Program-made: the position numbers and the translations under genes
Notes under the pieces: generated by a model
Databases searched by the model: none
What the model saw: the letters and a program-made list of their open reading frames with translations, nothing else
What the model was told of the DNA's origin: nothing
Assembly: GCA_030141605.1 (NCBI GenBank)
Contig: JAQGDQ010000132.1
Coordinates: 379,797-443,796, forward strand
DNA from: Tubiluchus corallicola
Taxonomy: Eukaryota; Animalia; Priapulida
Length of the DNA stretch: 64,000 nucleotides
Reading direction: 5' to 3'
Shown here: one piece after another, positions 1 to 45,117 of the stretch
Layout of the letters: each line of letters starts with the position of its first letter
How positions within the stretch are numbered: position 1 is the first letter of the stretch

Positions 1-51
1 CAGAACCACGCCATACACACATAAGCTCAATTTTTTTTTCTTTTTCGTTAG

Positions 52-13748
<13,697 letters not shown>

Positions 13749-13789
13749 ATATTATGTTACTAATTAATACAGTATTATTATTGTTATTC

Positions 13790-13876
13790 ATTAAAGTTGA
13801 CAAGAGAGTGTATTTCAAATTGTGTTTTGCAGCAAGATGCACAAAATTGGTAAAGAGTGTACCTGTGTAAAATAAA
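13790..13876 (+). terminator. Candidate polyadenylation signals of gene 1
   Basis: ATTAAA at 13790 and AATAAA at 13871, both downstream of the stop at 13748. Confidence 0.45.
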
Positions 13877-15754
13877 AATGCGAATGTATCACCATACTGG
13901 TTGTTTTCGCTCAAACAGTTTTCATTCAAAAAAGATTTTTTTCTTTACATTCCTGTGTCTTCCTTGAGCAGTGTTTCTAAAATGGCTATGATTAAACAAA
14001 AACAAAGAAATTTTAGAAACAACAGAAAGTTGAACCCAACAACAATGTTTGGTTACTTACATAAAATGTGTACTTACTTCAGGTGGAAGGTGAAAGCACA
14101 CATATGGTACTTACTAAAGCTGGGCGGAGAAAAAAGATAATATATCTCTAAATTTTAAAAATTATAAGCACAATTACAAAGTAGTAAGTATAATATGCAC
14201 AAAGAGAAAAACACTATAAAAGCTGAACCATAAAATGTTACGATTTGCTTGTTATGCATTGATCAACTAGAGCAGATAATTACACCGCTTGTAGCGTGTT
14301 AGCATAGCGTAGAGTTTTACACACATTCACTAGTAAAGACTATTAAAACTTGATTAATGACGATGACACATTGTGAAATAGAAGTATTTTGATTTCAGTT
14401 TATCAGTAATTTATTTGCAAAAAGAATTCCTTCCTGCTGTAAAAGAGTTCGGGAGTGGAAAGGTGTTAGTCAAAACGCACCTGGTTAGCAGGGTGGCCGC
14501 CAGAAAAACACCCTTGGACCGTTTCACCGAATATAAATTAGCTTCCTGTTTGGACACATTGCTATAGACACAACGAAAAGAAATAGATTGGAGATAAAGA
14601 TACACAAGTGAAACAACTAAATGTCTCTTATGTCGTGTAAAGGTGATCGCATGCTATAGGCATCTGCATGTCGTGTGTCTGCATGTACAAAAGTAAACTA
14701 AAGTAAATTTCGTTAAAACTAGTAAATTAATAATATTTACCTCGATGAGTGATAAAAATTGAAGTTGGTCAAAACAGGAGATATCATAGAAGGCGAATGT
14801 ACCCTTCAAGAAAATAGAACAGAAGCGCTTATGTGGTTGGATTCGCCGAAAAAGGGCAGATCTATTTAACGAGCAGATTCATTTTACAGGCAAAACCACA
14901 CGACGGGTATATTTCAGGACCGTATTGGGAAAGTGAAAAATCGGTCTCTGTAATGGTTCTTAGTATCTTCATGCAAAATTTCAGCCTCCTACGGTGAAGA
15001 CTAGATACAATAGCATCAAAGACAAATGTGGCAAAAGCAACAGGGAAAATCAACAGGGCAACAGAGACATGCACTTGGAGGATCCAAAAAATTAGATTTT
15101 TTGTTGCCAAAACTTTCTGGAATAATAAATTATTTCAATTTCTCCGTCAATAATAGATATGTTACGCATAACGAATGTTATGTATGAAACACCTAAATTA
15201 CTATTCTGCAAAAAAACTATACTATGCTGAAAATTAAAGCACGTCCAAAGATGCTGATATACTATACCAGCCTTACTATCTTAACTTTACTCCGTGCAAC
15301 GCGCATTAAAGGTTCCTCTTAGTTTTCCCTACAAGCTTTACAACCACTACATTCAAATTTGTATTTATGAGAGGAATTATTTGGTAAGGATAACAAGCCC
15401 TCTCTTAATGTGCACAGGAGTGCTATATTGTCGCTAATCACTCACTAGACTCATTCTTCAAAACACTGTGAAAAATAAAATCGCGAATTAAAATCAATCT
15501 AATACAATTACATCACTGAAATTATACTTTCGATTTCCACTGGTGTTACTGACTAAAATAAAACGGCATAAATTTAAAATTAGAATTCCGTGAATAATTA
15601 AGTAAATTAGAATTCAAGGAAATTTTAATATCAACGCAAATACAGAAGTCACTGCAGAAGCGTAATAAGACGGTGTTAGAGGGGTATTTTCATTTAAAAA
15701 AATAATTTGCTAGAAAGAAGAGAGAACAGACAAAACAGACTTTTTCGCTGATAA

Positions 15755-15845
15755 GCTGGCCAATAAGAAACATCAACGCACGCACCTATGACGTAACACG
15801 TATTACCTAACTACTGAATTACACTGTAACCATGATAATACAAAG
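15755..15845 (+). promoter_or_regulatory. Candidate promoter of gene 2 (CCAAT, CRE-like and X-box-like motifs)
   Basis: CCAAT 15760-15764, TGACGTAA 15789-15796 and GTAACCATGATAAT 15826-15839 cluster upstream of a possible non-coding first exon (donor CAG|GTATT near 16081). Motif evidence only. Confidence 0.25.
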
Positions 15846-17534
15846 CCATTGAATTAAAACCACCCAATGTTAGGGCTTTGCGCAAGCATTATGTGACCAC
15901 GTTCACCAGAATTTCTGGAGGGCGAGCACAGTTTAAGAACTCTGTAGGTCATTTCAGTTTCCTTGCGACTTGAAACATGGAAAAACCTGGAAGAGGTAAA
16001 GTGGGCCGAGTGAAAGTAGCTAAAAATCCAATCGTTAAGGAAACTCGTAGTGGCTATCACATAGTAGTCAAGAAAGACCAGGTATATTTAATTTATTCCT
16101 CGAGTACAGGACAGATTGTTAAATTTTCAGTATTTTAAATTCTTTGCTGTTTTGCGTTAAATTTTACATTTGCTTAAGAAGCCGTAAATTTCTATCTTTA
16201 GCAAACTTACTATGTAAAAACGTAGGACGTGTAGTTTAAGACCTACCTGTTGAGCTCATTAAGTCTACTGGTTACATAAAACTTAGATTTTGCCAACAAG
16301 CATAAGCCTAATGGTGTATAATCACTATAATGCTTTATTGAATAACGTAATAACAATTGTTTAACAGATTAAGAGCTGAGATACTTGCAATAAAGGTACT
16401 TTACCTTTTTATTAAGAACTTCAAATTGTTTATAAAGGGAGACTGTACTTAATTAATTAATCGATCATTAGTTAATCAAATTTTCAGCACTTTTTCTTTA
16501 TTCAACTAGCTACACGTTCGGTTACCTTGTATTTAGCAGACACTTGTTAGTTTTCTTAATTCTGATTTTTAGTATAGGATTCCTTGTACAATAAAAGTTG
16601 GGCGAAAGTATTATTTAAATGGTAAACTCAGTTTAAGGTGTAGATGGGTTGCTACTAGATAGCCATACTCTACTTATTACACCGAAAAATAAAAAAGGCC
16701 ATCTGTACAACATTATGAAATCTTGTGTCATGATGTTACTGAGTCTAAGATAACTCAGTATGAGGGACCCAAGCTGCGTGATTTATATTAGAACATCGGT
16801 GATGCTGTCCCCTGATTCTCATGTTAGCGCTTTGAAGATTTTGACATTCGAACGAAACAAAGTCATTTTTTGCTTAAATTTGGTCACAAAATCTTAAAGG
16901 CAGTAAAGGCATATAAAAAGCATTAGTTTTCTTAGGGTTCCCTTCTCTCAAACAGAATGAAACATTTTCACATTCAAATATCGTTCAATTTCCACAAGTA
17001 TTTCCCGATATTCATACGCAACAAATGTTGACATTTTTGGCAACACTTACCAATTTTTGGGATTACCATGCGTTGTTTTTGACAGCACGCCATCGCGCAA
17101 AAATTCTTAGCATCATAAAGCACCTACAGCCAACATTTTGCGGGACAAAAGCTAATTCTCGCGAGTGTTTGAATCCTGGATCCTCCCTCCTTGGTGGTGG
17201 AATAAAATACGGTTTGTCAATATTTAAGTGTCTGCAGGTGATAGTCCATTATAATTCGATGTATCCTATTATGAGGCTATAATAAGCCCTATTATGCTTT
17301 TCACATCTGTGCAACTATTGACGTTTCTACCTTGTTTTGCTTGTACTTCCCACCATTCTGGATATATCCTCTGGATGACGTTTCACCTTGACCACCATCA
17401 TCTTGTCCAAAGTCTGGTTAATCCTACACCAAAAATCTCAAAGATACCTCAGGTATATTCGTGGTTTCAAGTATCTCAGTTACTTTAGGTATAATTGGCT
17501 CAAACTCAAATTATGGACAGACAACAAACCACAG

Positions 17535-35525
<17,991 letters not shown>

Positions 35526-35892
35526 AGAACACAACACAAACGGCGAATTCTTCAAATGATTTATTCAAAAATTTTGATGAATTTTTTGCACATTGAACCG
35601 TTGTCACAAAGAAGAATGTAAAATACTTGGCGAATTCAGCGTTTTTGTTGTTTTTATCATTATCCATGTTTATGAGCTATGTTTGTAGAATTGCAGTATA
35701 TCATACGTATTATCAGCTGTGTTGTGCTGCTTTGTGTCAGCGGAGATACATACTATATATTTTGTCATTATATTTGGAAGGAGTTTACAATTCCCTAAAC
35801 AGTTTAAACATCCTAACCCTAAAACCCTGATACTAATGGCCTAGTCCGCTTCACGAATTAATTTCTTGTGTGTCATCAGCCACCAGTTACTT

Positions 35893-36975
35893 TTATCCAC
35901 GGTAACGATATGGACGGAAGAAATAACGTCTGCGGCAACCCCAGTATGGACGACAAAAGACACGCCAGTAGTAATATCCCTGCCTTCTATATGGGCGGCG
36001 ACGAGGAAAACCTCTTCTACTGGAGGCAGTAGTTGTTGTAGATAGAGTTGCTAGTGTTGTTGGCGATGGTGACGTCACTGGAAACCAGCTGTGGTGGTGG
36101 CGAACTCTGTAAATATCGGCCGACAAAAATTGTTTGCTGCAAAAATTTAAACAAATGTCACAATGAATGACAACTAATGTGAGACAGGAACGTAGCTGAA
36201 ACAGACAAAATAATAACCTGGGGTATATTGATCTGAAGGTTCTCAATTAGATTTTGTTGCTGGCTCATTCACAAGCATTTCCAAATTATTCAGGTAGTTC
36301 GGGTTAAGATTAGGATTAGAACTAAGGTTAAGGTTAGCCTACGTATGATTCCAGACTTTTAGGTACACCCATTCAATTTCAAAAGATTTATTTAATACCT
36401 TTAGATTCTGATTAGAATAGGAACTCAGCAATGCAGGAGCTATGGTGAAACTTTATTAGAAGATATTATGTCTTACGCCATTGATCTCATTCAAAGCCGC
36501 TACTGGACAGTTAATCACTTCACTACTATTACGTTCTACTCACAGCTATACAGACGCTTTATTCGTTGTATATCCTCGGGCTGCAAGTCTTCCCTAAACC
36601 TAGCAGAGCCGGTAATGAATGGATACGTGACACCACGCCTGAAAATAGCAACAAAAATTGGTAAACATGCATTTGATAATAAAAGCTGTGCAGAAAATTT
36701 GTATCTCAGTAATGAGCAATTAAATTGAATAAAATTTGCAATTAAGTGAAATAACGCAACCGGATCCGTGGTTGGCTTATTATGAATCAAACAAATTAAC
36801 GAATTACGGTAAGAATTTACTGATTCACACATCCGGCCGAAACGAATTATGCTAAAACACTTTACTTTTTACACAGAGTATAGGAGCATACTGCAAATTA
36901 TGATATAGACCTTCCGGGAGATGGAAGACACCTCATGCCGGAGTATGGATTATGACTTGCCCCTCATGCCTTTTT
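35893..36975 (-). pseudogene. Probable decayed metzincin (matrixin/astacin-like) gene 3' end with a Thr-rich linker and an Arg/Tyr-rich tail
   Basis: Minus-strand exon 36638-36544 has a strong acceptor (TTTTTGTTGCTATTTTCAG) and donor (GTGAGT) and reads RGVTYPFITGSARFREDLQPEDIQRIKRLYS, like the metzincin Met-turn to C-helix pattern xMYP....L..DDI..IQ.LY. Segment 36975-36866 has ILRHEV and, in a shifted frame, FHLPEGLYHN (a broken HExxHxxGxxH) plus an in-frame TAA. The terminal exon 36136-35893 needs a 1-nt correction. Confidence 0.5.
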
Positions 36976-39020
36976 CTGTGTGACACAGGTTTAAACATGC
37001 AACATTGAAAAAGTACATTGGAATGTAACGCAAAACCTACTAGTCGAAGTATATGTATCTTACTCTTGACACAGTTTGGAACCTTTTATCTTATGTATAA
37101 TTTATTTTTGTAGGACTTTTCATTTAGGCAGTAGACATCATAGTTGTGATAGGTAACTGTTACGCTACTGTGTGATTACAACGGGTGGCACGGAAAAAAT
37201 GTGCCGAAGTTTATACCACAATAACGTTAGAAACAAACGCGCTACAAAGTTGAAATATCACAGTCGTTATTACTATTCATTAACATTTGTTTCTGAAAGT
37301 TACAAGTTTATACTTTTAGTAGCTTTACATATTTAAAGCAGTTAAAACATTTTTGAGATAACAAGAGATTACCTTTTTCAGATTTAAATTGAAAATGATT
37401 GCAATCCTGCACCATTCACGTCTAGTCAAAATTTATAGTGGAATGGCATTTATGAGTTTTTGTGGTGAATGACCCAAATTAATTACTTACTTTGAAACAC
37501 TAATGTATTGATATTGTTTGTTTTTTAACATCCTATTACTATTTCATTATTCATTAACTAAATTTGTTATCTATATATTAATATTCTTGGTATCTATGAG
37601 AATTATTATAATTTTATTCGATTGCTACTATTCTATTTATGTTTTTTAATTCGTTAACGGTATAGAACTGCATATACATACGAGCTTAAAAACAAAAGTA
37701 GATATCAAACAAACAGGGTGCACGTAACAAGTTCGAACTCTCTTTACATGCGGTTACAGTTAATAGCATAGCATCGACGTAGTCAGTAATTCAAAATAGG
37801 CAATATACTATATCAAAATATCAGTGCAGTCGAAAGTCAGAATTAAATGAATTAAATGTGAAAATATATCAAACAGGCTGTGATATCACCAACGAGCAAA
37901 TCTCTTTGCTAGAGTTAGAACTCCAGATGCTATTTCTGCTTTCAACATAAATTCATGTGAATGTCTTATGTACTAGTGATAGTCCTGGAGTCAGTATATA
38001 GTTCCGTAAAAATTTTAATGTACCCTATTTCTGACAGTGGATTTCCATTCAGAACTACTCTAGCAAAAGTATTATCTTAGATAGATTTTTCATAATTGGG
38101 AGAAAATTGAGTGAGCGGCCATTGTTAAAATTGGTTTCCGATACACGGGATTCTTTGTGCAACTTTGCTTCTGCAGCACAGATGAAACCGAATTTGCTAT
38201 GCAATCATAGGTTTTCAAAGTCTGTGTATATAAGGGCAGTGTTAGTTTTGCGTTATGTGGCTTAGTTTAGGCACTTTGCGGAAATGTCGGCAAAAATAAA
38301 ATGAAACATTACTAATGTGGTAACGTAATGTAAAAGATGCCACAAGAACACAAGCAAAAATTTTAAGAATTTACTCCTTCTTGTACTTACACACTACAAG
38401 CTTAATATGTGTGCTTGTGTTTCCATATAAGTGAAGTCATCCAGCTCCCGTTCAGCGCAGGAGCACTGACCAAGTGCTCAATGTGTTTTGGGTTGTTTGC
38501 TGTTATTGTAACATGGGCGTAGACTCTAGCGCTTCTTCGTGCTATCAAATTCTTTACAAGACACGTCACTTTGTCAACAAACAATAACTGAACAATGGTG
38601 GTTCTTCTCCATAACAAAACTCATTGTTGGTATTGTAAGAGCGAGTTCCAGGCAAAAGGAAATACTGTAGGTGCTACATTGGCAGGCAAGCCAATGAGCC
38701 ACTAAGCACTTCAGGTCCGCCGCCATGTTGGCGAAATAACATTGCTGGTACTTCATCGGCATTACTGAAAATGTGCTGCTGTAAAAAATAAGGTTTCTAA
38801 GAAGAAGCAGGAGTTGTCGAGAAGTGCCAAGTAGCCAAGAAGTTCTGCAATCTTACACACAAAAAAATTAGAAAGTGTCATAGACGTCAGTGATAGGAAA
38901 CGTCAAACAGAAGTTGGTCAAATTAGTCCTAATGCTGGAGCCACTACTGCCACAGACAAACCGACAAGTAAAGACGTGCCAAAATCAGACGTCAGTCCAC
39001 AAGTTGATCTTGGGTTAGAT

Positions 39021-40168
39021 ATGGCTACTGGTGGTCAGGTAGACCCTCCCTCTGGTTCTTTGTCTAAAACTTCTGTCGAAGAAGGTAAAGAAGGTGCAGA
39101 TGAAGGTGTCAAACTCGGCGCGCACAACACAAATGACTTTCTGATATTTGTGGCAGGTGGAGCAGATCCAGATGATGATGAAAAGTAAGTGCAACAAATA
39201 GGAATTAATTAAATTTTTGTATAATGTTTTCAGACTACTTTTTTAAATACTGTGTTTTTATTAGTTTTCTTTTATTTGTATGCTCACACGATTTTAATTA
39301 ATTTACCTTATGGTATGAAACAGTACATTTGTTTCTTTGATGATATGATGTGGCTGATGGGTGTGGATGGTATGATGTGGGTGGTGTAGTGCAGAGGGTG
39401 TGGCATGGGTGGTGTTGGTGTAGTATGCTGGGTGTGCTGTGAGTGGTGTGATGTGGGGTGTTGTGTGAAAAATTCTTTTTTGCGGGGTTTGGTTACATTA
39501 TATAACAGTACGCATATTGTCCGAGAACCACTTAAAGGAAAACCGGCTGATTGTGTAAACATTAGTTCAGAATAAAGAATTCTCTAAAATATTGAAAACT
39601 ACAATAGTTTTTTTAAATCAAAGCTTAGATTAAATAATAATTATCTCGGATACTCAAATATTGTTAAACTTTCAAAGCTACGCGCGGCTCAGTGAATCTA
39701 TTAATGTTGACAGCGGCGCCTTTTTATCACATTCGTGTGGCCGACAAGTAGAAGGCGGTATCGCGATAAGCATGATCATGAACTGCAGTGTTAGTTTCTG
39801 ACGTCATTTGATGTAGAGCCCATTTTTCTTGACACCATGCGTTTAAACAGTACCTGTAACACTTATGCAAATGTGCTTGTTGCGCAAGAGAACACGCCTG
39901 CCATTGCACAAACTGTGGTTAGTTTCTGACGTAAGCAATAGCTGTATTTGGTTGCCGTTAATTAACTTTCTACGCTAAATATTCCAATATAAGAAACAAC
40001 TACTAACTTTTATAGGCAAGGAAACGTATATTTTGGACAGTAAATCAAAATGAAATTAAGTCTAAACAATCGTCCGGTCTTCCTTTAAGATACAACCAGT
40101 ACATGGTTAAAGTGTTATTCACCTTAAATAAAGCTTTTATTATTGATATTATTATTATTATTATTATT

Positions 40169-40225
<57 letters not shown>

Positions 40226-43200
40226 ATTATTATTACTACTACTACTACAACTATTAATTTTTTACGTACATAACTACGCATCTTCAGTTGTTGCAAGTAA
40301 ACTACATTAGAAAACAACATGTTATGTATGCAATACGATGAAAGCAATGAAGAGCACTTCAACACAGCGTAATTCAATGCAAATGTGTTATGTTAACAAT
40401 TCCCAATCCTTTTTGCAGAAGCGCTGGCACAAGTTTTTATTGCTACGATCCAGAAAGTGGCGAATGGACTCAAAAGCCAGATCTGTCTGAACCCATTGAC
40501 AACCATGGAATGTGTGCGGTTGGCCCACACGTTTTCGTGATAGGTAGATTAAATTATTTTTCAAGTTTCAAAGTTTACAAATCTAATTATAATGTCATAA
40601 TAGGAGGCTATTACCAATAATTTGAGAATTCTGAAAAATACAGTTATAGCTGTTGATGTGTGGCAAAACACAAAATCTCTCAGTCACCGGAGCTATTCAG
40701 TTCAAAATAAATAATCAGAAACAGAAAATATCATGGTGTCCACTTAGCAAATTTAAAAAACAAACTTATATAATCACAAAATTATACATAAAATACACAA
40801 ATTTAAAAACTGTGTACCTCCTAGAGCGGTGTACAGTAAGAAGACTGCGGCAATCTTTTAATTGACGTCAAACAAAATGTCATTATTCTCAGTCAATCTC
40901 TGCTGCCTGTCCAATCAGTGCGCATATTTTTCACATGCCCACAGAACCGGTTCATTACCTTGTCTTTCGGGACAAGAGGTCTAACATGTCGGTATATGTC
41001 ATATTCAGGCAAAATGTTTTCTTTTCTGTTCAGTTTTTATAAACTTCAATAAGATCTTCACGGTCCAAATTAATTCAAATGTGGTCAAAAATTATGTTAT
41101 ATATCAACGTAAAATTTGTATCCTGAAATAGTCAATTTTATGCTATTCTGCTATAATCATGATTAAAAGATGCCATTTGTGACTTATGACTTACGTAACT
41201 TGGACAAGATCGTTTACGGAATAAAATAATCAAATTTGTTCCACTTCTGTAGTCTAACAAACAGTTGAAAAAATGCAAAAAGTGGATAAATATATTTTGT
41301 TGCTCATTTATTGTAAAGCAATGCTAACTGGCTTAGTTTCTTTATTACACTCATGTCTGTACATTTTGTGCTGCTTTGAAACTTCGTCTCTACAATTCTG
41401 TTTAAATTGAAAAGTCATTTTTTGGTTACTTGAAGTTTTAATTTCGTGTAAAAATACCTGCTGCTCTGCAAGTTTATGCTTATTAAAAAGTGCAATCAGT
41501 TTATCTGCAGATTAGACAGTAACTGTGACGGTCATGGTGTTGTTTAGTTTAGTTTAAACAGTTGTTGTCCAGCGTGAGCTGTTGTCCCGAATGCCGCTGA
41601 GTGTGCTTACGTTAAAACGTCAATTCACCGACAATCAAGTTTTGCTGACTGCTCATTCAGCGTGCGATGTTTTTGGCACACTTGTATAACCTACGTGTGG
41701 CTGTTCTTTCAGGACATTAGCTGCAGCTTTGTAGTGCCGATATATGTTATAATGCTTTGAAAAGTGCTCAACTTTTCATCAGTTCGCGGCAAAGACACCC
41801 GCCTGTTCTAGATTTTATTACAGATTATCGATTGTCTGTATTGTGAAATTGGAAATGAATTAATGGAAATATGTAGTTTAATTTTGTCTTTATAGGAAGA
41901 AATGCACGACGCTTACGTCTATGTCCCGAATGCCCTAAGCGTCGCCAATATACTTGACGTCAATTAGGACTATTATACACCTTTCTCGACCCTCTTTTCT
42001 CCAAGTATTCTCAATGACGTGTTATTCAATGAACAGCCTACTATCTATATGACTTGATGCAAAAAATATTGTCACAGTTCACTGTTGATAATGCCCAGAG
42101 ATAGCAGACGAAACGTCTTGGTTTTAAACGTGTACTTAACATGTATTTCTGTGATTTTAATAAAATTTGATCTTTGTAAATCAGAGACAGTTTACAGTCA
42201 GTTTAACAATGATATCTAGTATTCTGCTTTTCCAGGAGGCTCAAATCCCGTGTTTAGGAAAGAAACTACTGTCGCACCTGTTCAGACGTCTTCCATGTTC
42301 GACTCAAGGTCCAACATTTGGGGCAGCGTTGCCAAAATGAAATCTCCACGAATGGAGCATGAATGCATTTCCACCGGTGATAAAATTTATGTATTTGGTG
42401 GAACCATTGACAAAATGAAGTAAGAGTGCATAATTAATTACAACTAACTACATTTAATTGTGAAACATTATTACTGGATTGTATTGAAACCATTATAACT
42501 GTAAATATTTTATTACAACATAGAGAATACTAACTTATTTCATTTAAATATTTGATTTGTACTAACATCAATAATTTTACAGAGATATTTTGCTGATTGT
42601 ATTTGTGTTGTTCAATCATTGAAAGTACATTTATATTTGTATGTTGAAGTTATAATGTGTTTTCTGTGCTCGTAAGTGGTACTTATAAACTTATTTGTTG
42701 TTCCAAAATTGAAAGGAACTGTTATTTAATAACCTTCACAGTGCTAATAAATAAAACATGTCTGCATCCAAACTATTAACATTTAGCTTAGTTGGTTGGA
42801 TGAAATGTTCTAGCCAGTTCCAGTGATGGCTAAAATGGTGGTACGTGTCCACAAGGCTATAATATTATTAGCATTTCTCTCGTATTTTCACAATTGGGTC
42901 CATAAACTAGGCGAATGACTGTTATGGGAGTTGCTATAGAATCTCTTGCAATAAAATCTGCTGCGATGTTCAGCGTCCGGCTTAGTTAATTAGTTAATTA
43001 AGGAACAAACACTAAGAGAAACACTAAGTCCGGAAATGGCTGCATGTGGCCGTATTTTGTGGATTGTGAACTCAATAATATTTTTTTTATTTTCCAACTA
43101 TGTTTGAACAATTTATTTCATAAAAGTGAGAACGACAATCATTTCAGAGTTACAAGTAATGTGGATTGCTACTGCTTAAGGACAAATCAGTGGACAACGA

Positions 43201-44359
43201 TGGCCCCCATGAAATATGCCCGTAAAAACTTCGGCGTTGCTTTCCACAAGAAGAAAATATGGGTGGCTGGTGGGAGCACAGAAACAGTTGATAACGCTGT
43301 GGTTGCTACAGATTCTGTTGAAATTTACGACCCTGAGAAAAATAGGTAAAAACTAAATTTCATTTTCCTAAAACTAATAATGTTTTTGAAGAAGAAATAA
43401 CCAGGCAGATTAAAAGCAACAACTGCAATTTAATATACAAAAAAATGTATACTAAAATACACTCATTTTCAGTTGGCACGTTGGGATTCCGTTGCCTCAA
43501 TCATGTGCTTTTGTTAATCTCTGTAACGTCAGGGGAAAACTGTACGTGGTCGGTGGAATAGCAAAACCAAAAAGGGGCAAACTGAAGTTCTTGCGCAAGA
43601 TCCATGTCTACCATGACATAGACAACAAGTGGATAACAAAAACCACGATGACGGAAGATCGACGATATTTTGTAACAGCCGTTGCAGGTAATATAACGTG
43701 TCAACGTCGCGGTACAAAAATTAAACGTCATAGACTACCCGTTCTGATCCTAATTTTAAATGTGCTCTTCATTCAACTTTTTCTCACTATTTTAAAGTGA
43801 GTTTCTTTAATTAGAAAAGGTCTAACTACGTAATATGATCACATAGTGCATCCACTCATACATGCTGTTTATGTAGGTATGTTCTGCACATAATTCAATC
43901 TAGTACTTTAGTCTGGTTTTGATTCAGTAGTAATGAAAGTAGCCATTACCCGAAACAAGACAGTGCTTGGAGTTGCTAAAAAGCCTTCGCTGCATCTCAG
44001 TGTTACTTCTTTACACGCTTTGGTCTTGAGTAATGTTGTTCATCCTCGTCCAGACAAATCTATAGCTTTAGGAAAACAGCACGAGGGAAGTTTCTCTTAA
44101 AAAGCAAATTAATGTTTTGACTAACTAATGGCAGTAATGCAATAATGTCCATATTGCATTTATAAAACGGTGATTTATTTTTTCAGGACCTCATATTTAC
44201 ATCTTAGGAGGAAATAACGCGAATAGTGCAGGAAAGAGTCTCACAGACGTTACTTGCTACAATGTGTTGTCGAATGAGTGGAAACTTTCCGCTTCAAAAA
44301 TGCCCAAGTCTGCCATGGGCATGAAAGCAGTCACTGTGAAAAAACAGACGGCACATTAG
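39021..44359 (+). CDS. Gene 3: Kelch-only paralog of gene 2's propeller, ~352 aa (start uncertain)
   Basis: Exons 39021-39184, 40419-40543, 42236-42419, 43148-43345, 43473-43687, 44187-44359 (TAG) total 1059 nt in frame. The frame is open upstream only to the TAG at 38832, and the first ATG (gatATGG) is at 39021. Exons match gene 2 exon by exon (MKYARKNFG vs MKHARKNFG; SAGKSL). ATTAAA at 44414. Confidence 0.82.
39536..40084 (+). mobile_element. Kolobok-type non-autonomous element, copy 1
   Basis: TTAA|AGGAAAACCGG ... CCGGTCTTCCT|TTAA. A TTAA duplication with RR..YY termini is the Kolobok signature. Confidence 0.8.
40140..40252. repeat. (TAT/TGT/TAC)n microsatellite, possibly a retroposon tail
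   Basis: Preceded by AATAAA at ~40126. Confidence 0.8.
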
Positions 44360-44598
44360 GAGATAAACGAACATCACTCTCACGCTAACACTAATTCATA
44401 AGCGATTCATTGTATTAAAGTTGTTAAATGATTTTACGATAAAGTAAATTTTATTTCTTTCGACTTTTATGCTTTTGAGTTAAAGATCCAATGACACAAT
44501 TTTTTATGTTATTTTCTTTTATAGCGCAGGCAGAATTGCATATTTCTTAACTTTTAAGACAGTTCCAATGCATACTTTTATGTGATAGTGTTACTTAA

Positions 44599-45117
44599 AG
44601 GAAGACCGGACGATTGTTTAGACTCAACCTCATTTTAATTTATTGTCCAAAATATACATTTTCTTGCCTGTAAAAGCTAACAATTGTTCCTTATATTTGA
44701 ATAATTAGCTTAGAAAGTTAATTAACAGCAACTAAACACAGCTTTTGCTTACGTCAGAAACTAACCACAGTTTGTGCAATGGCAGGCGCAACAAGCACAT
44801 TTGCATAAGTGTTACAGTACTGTTTAAACGAAAAATGAGCTTTACATCATATGACGTCAGAAACTAACACTGCAGTTCATGATCACGCTTATCACGGTAC
44901 TGCCTTCTATTTATCGGCCACGCGAATGTGACAAAAAGGCGCCTTTTCAAATCTTAGTATATTCATTGAGCCGCACGTAGCTTCGAAAGTTTAACGAAAG
45001 TATCCGATTTAATTATTATGTAATCTCAGCTTTGATTTAAAAAAACTATCGTAGTTTTCAATATTTTAGAGCATTTTTTATTCTGAACTAATGTTTACAC
45101 AATTTTCCGGTTTTCCT
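44599..45117 (-). mobile_element. Kolobok-type non-autonomous element, copy 2 (inverted relative to 39536-40084)
   Basis: TTAA|AGGAAGACCGG ... CCGGTTTTCCT|TTAA; the body is the reverse complement of copy 1 (for example CTTACGTCAGAAACTAACCACAGTTTGTGCAATGGCAGGCG). Confidence 0.85.

Noticed and set aside
14400-15110. Moderately GC-richer intergenic stretch that looks like decayed coding DNA
   Set aside because: Frames are interrupted and I recognise no motif; cannot be assigned without a search.
17238-17534. Possible extra upstream coding exons of gene 2
   Set aside because: All three frames after the 17237 acceptor hit stops, and joining 17452 to 17489 would need a 36-nt intron. Treated as probable 5' UTR; the start remains uncertain.
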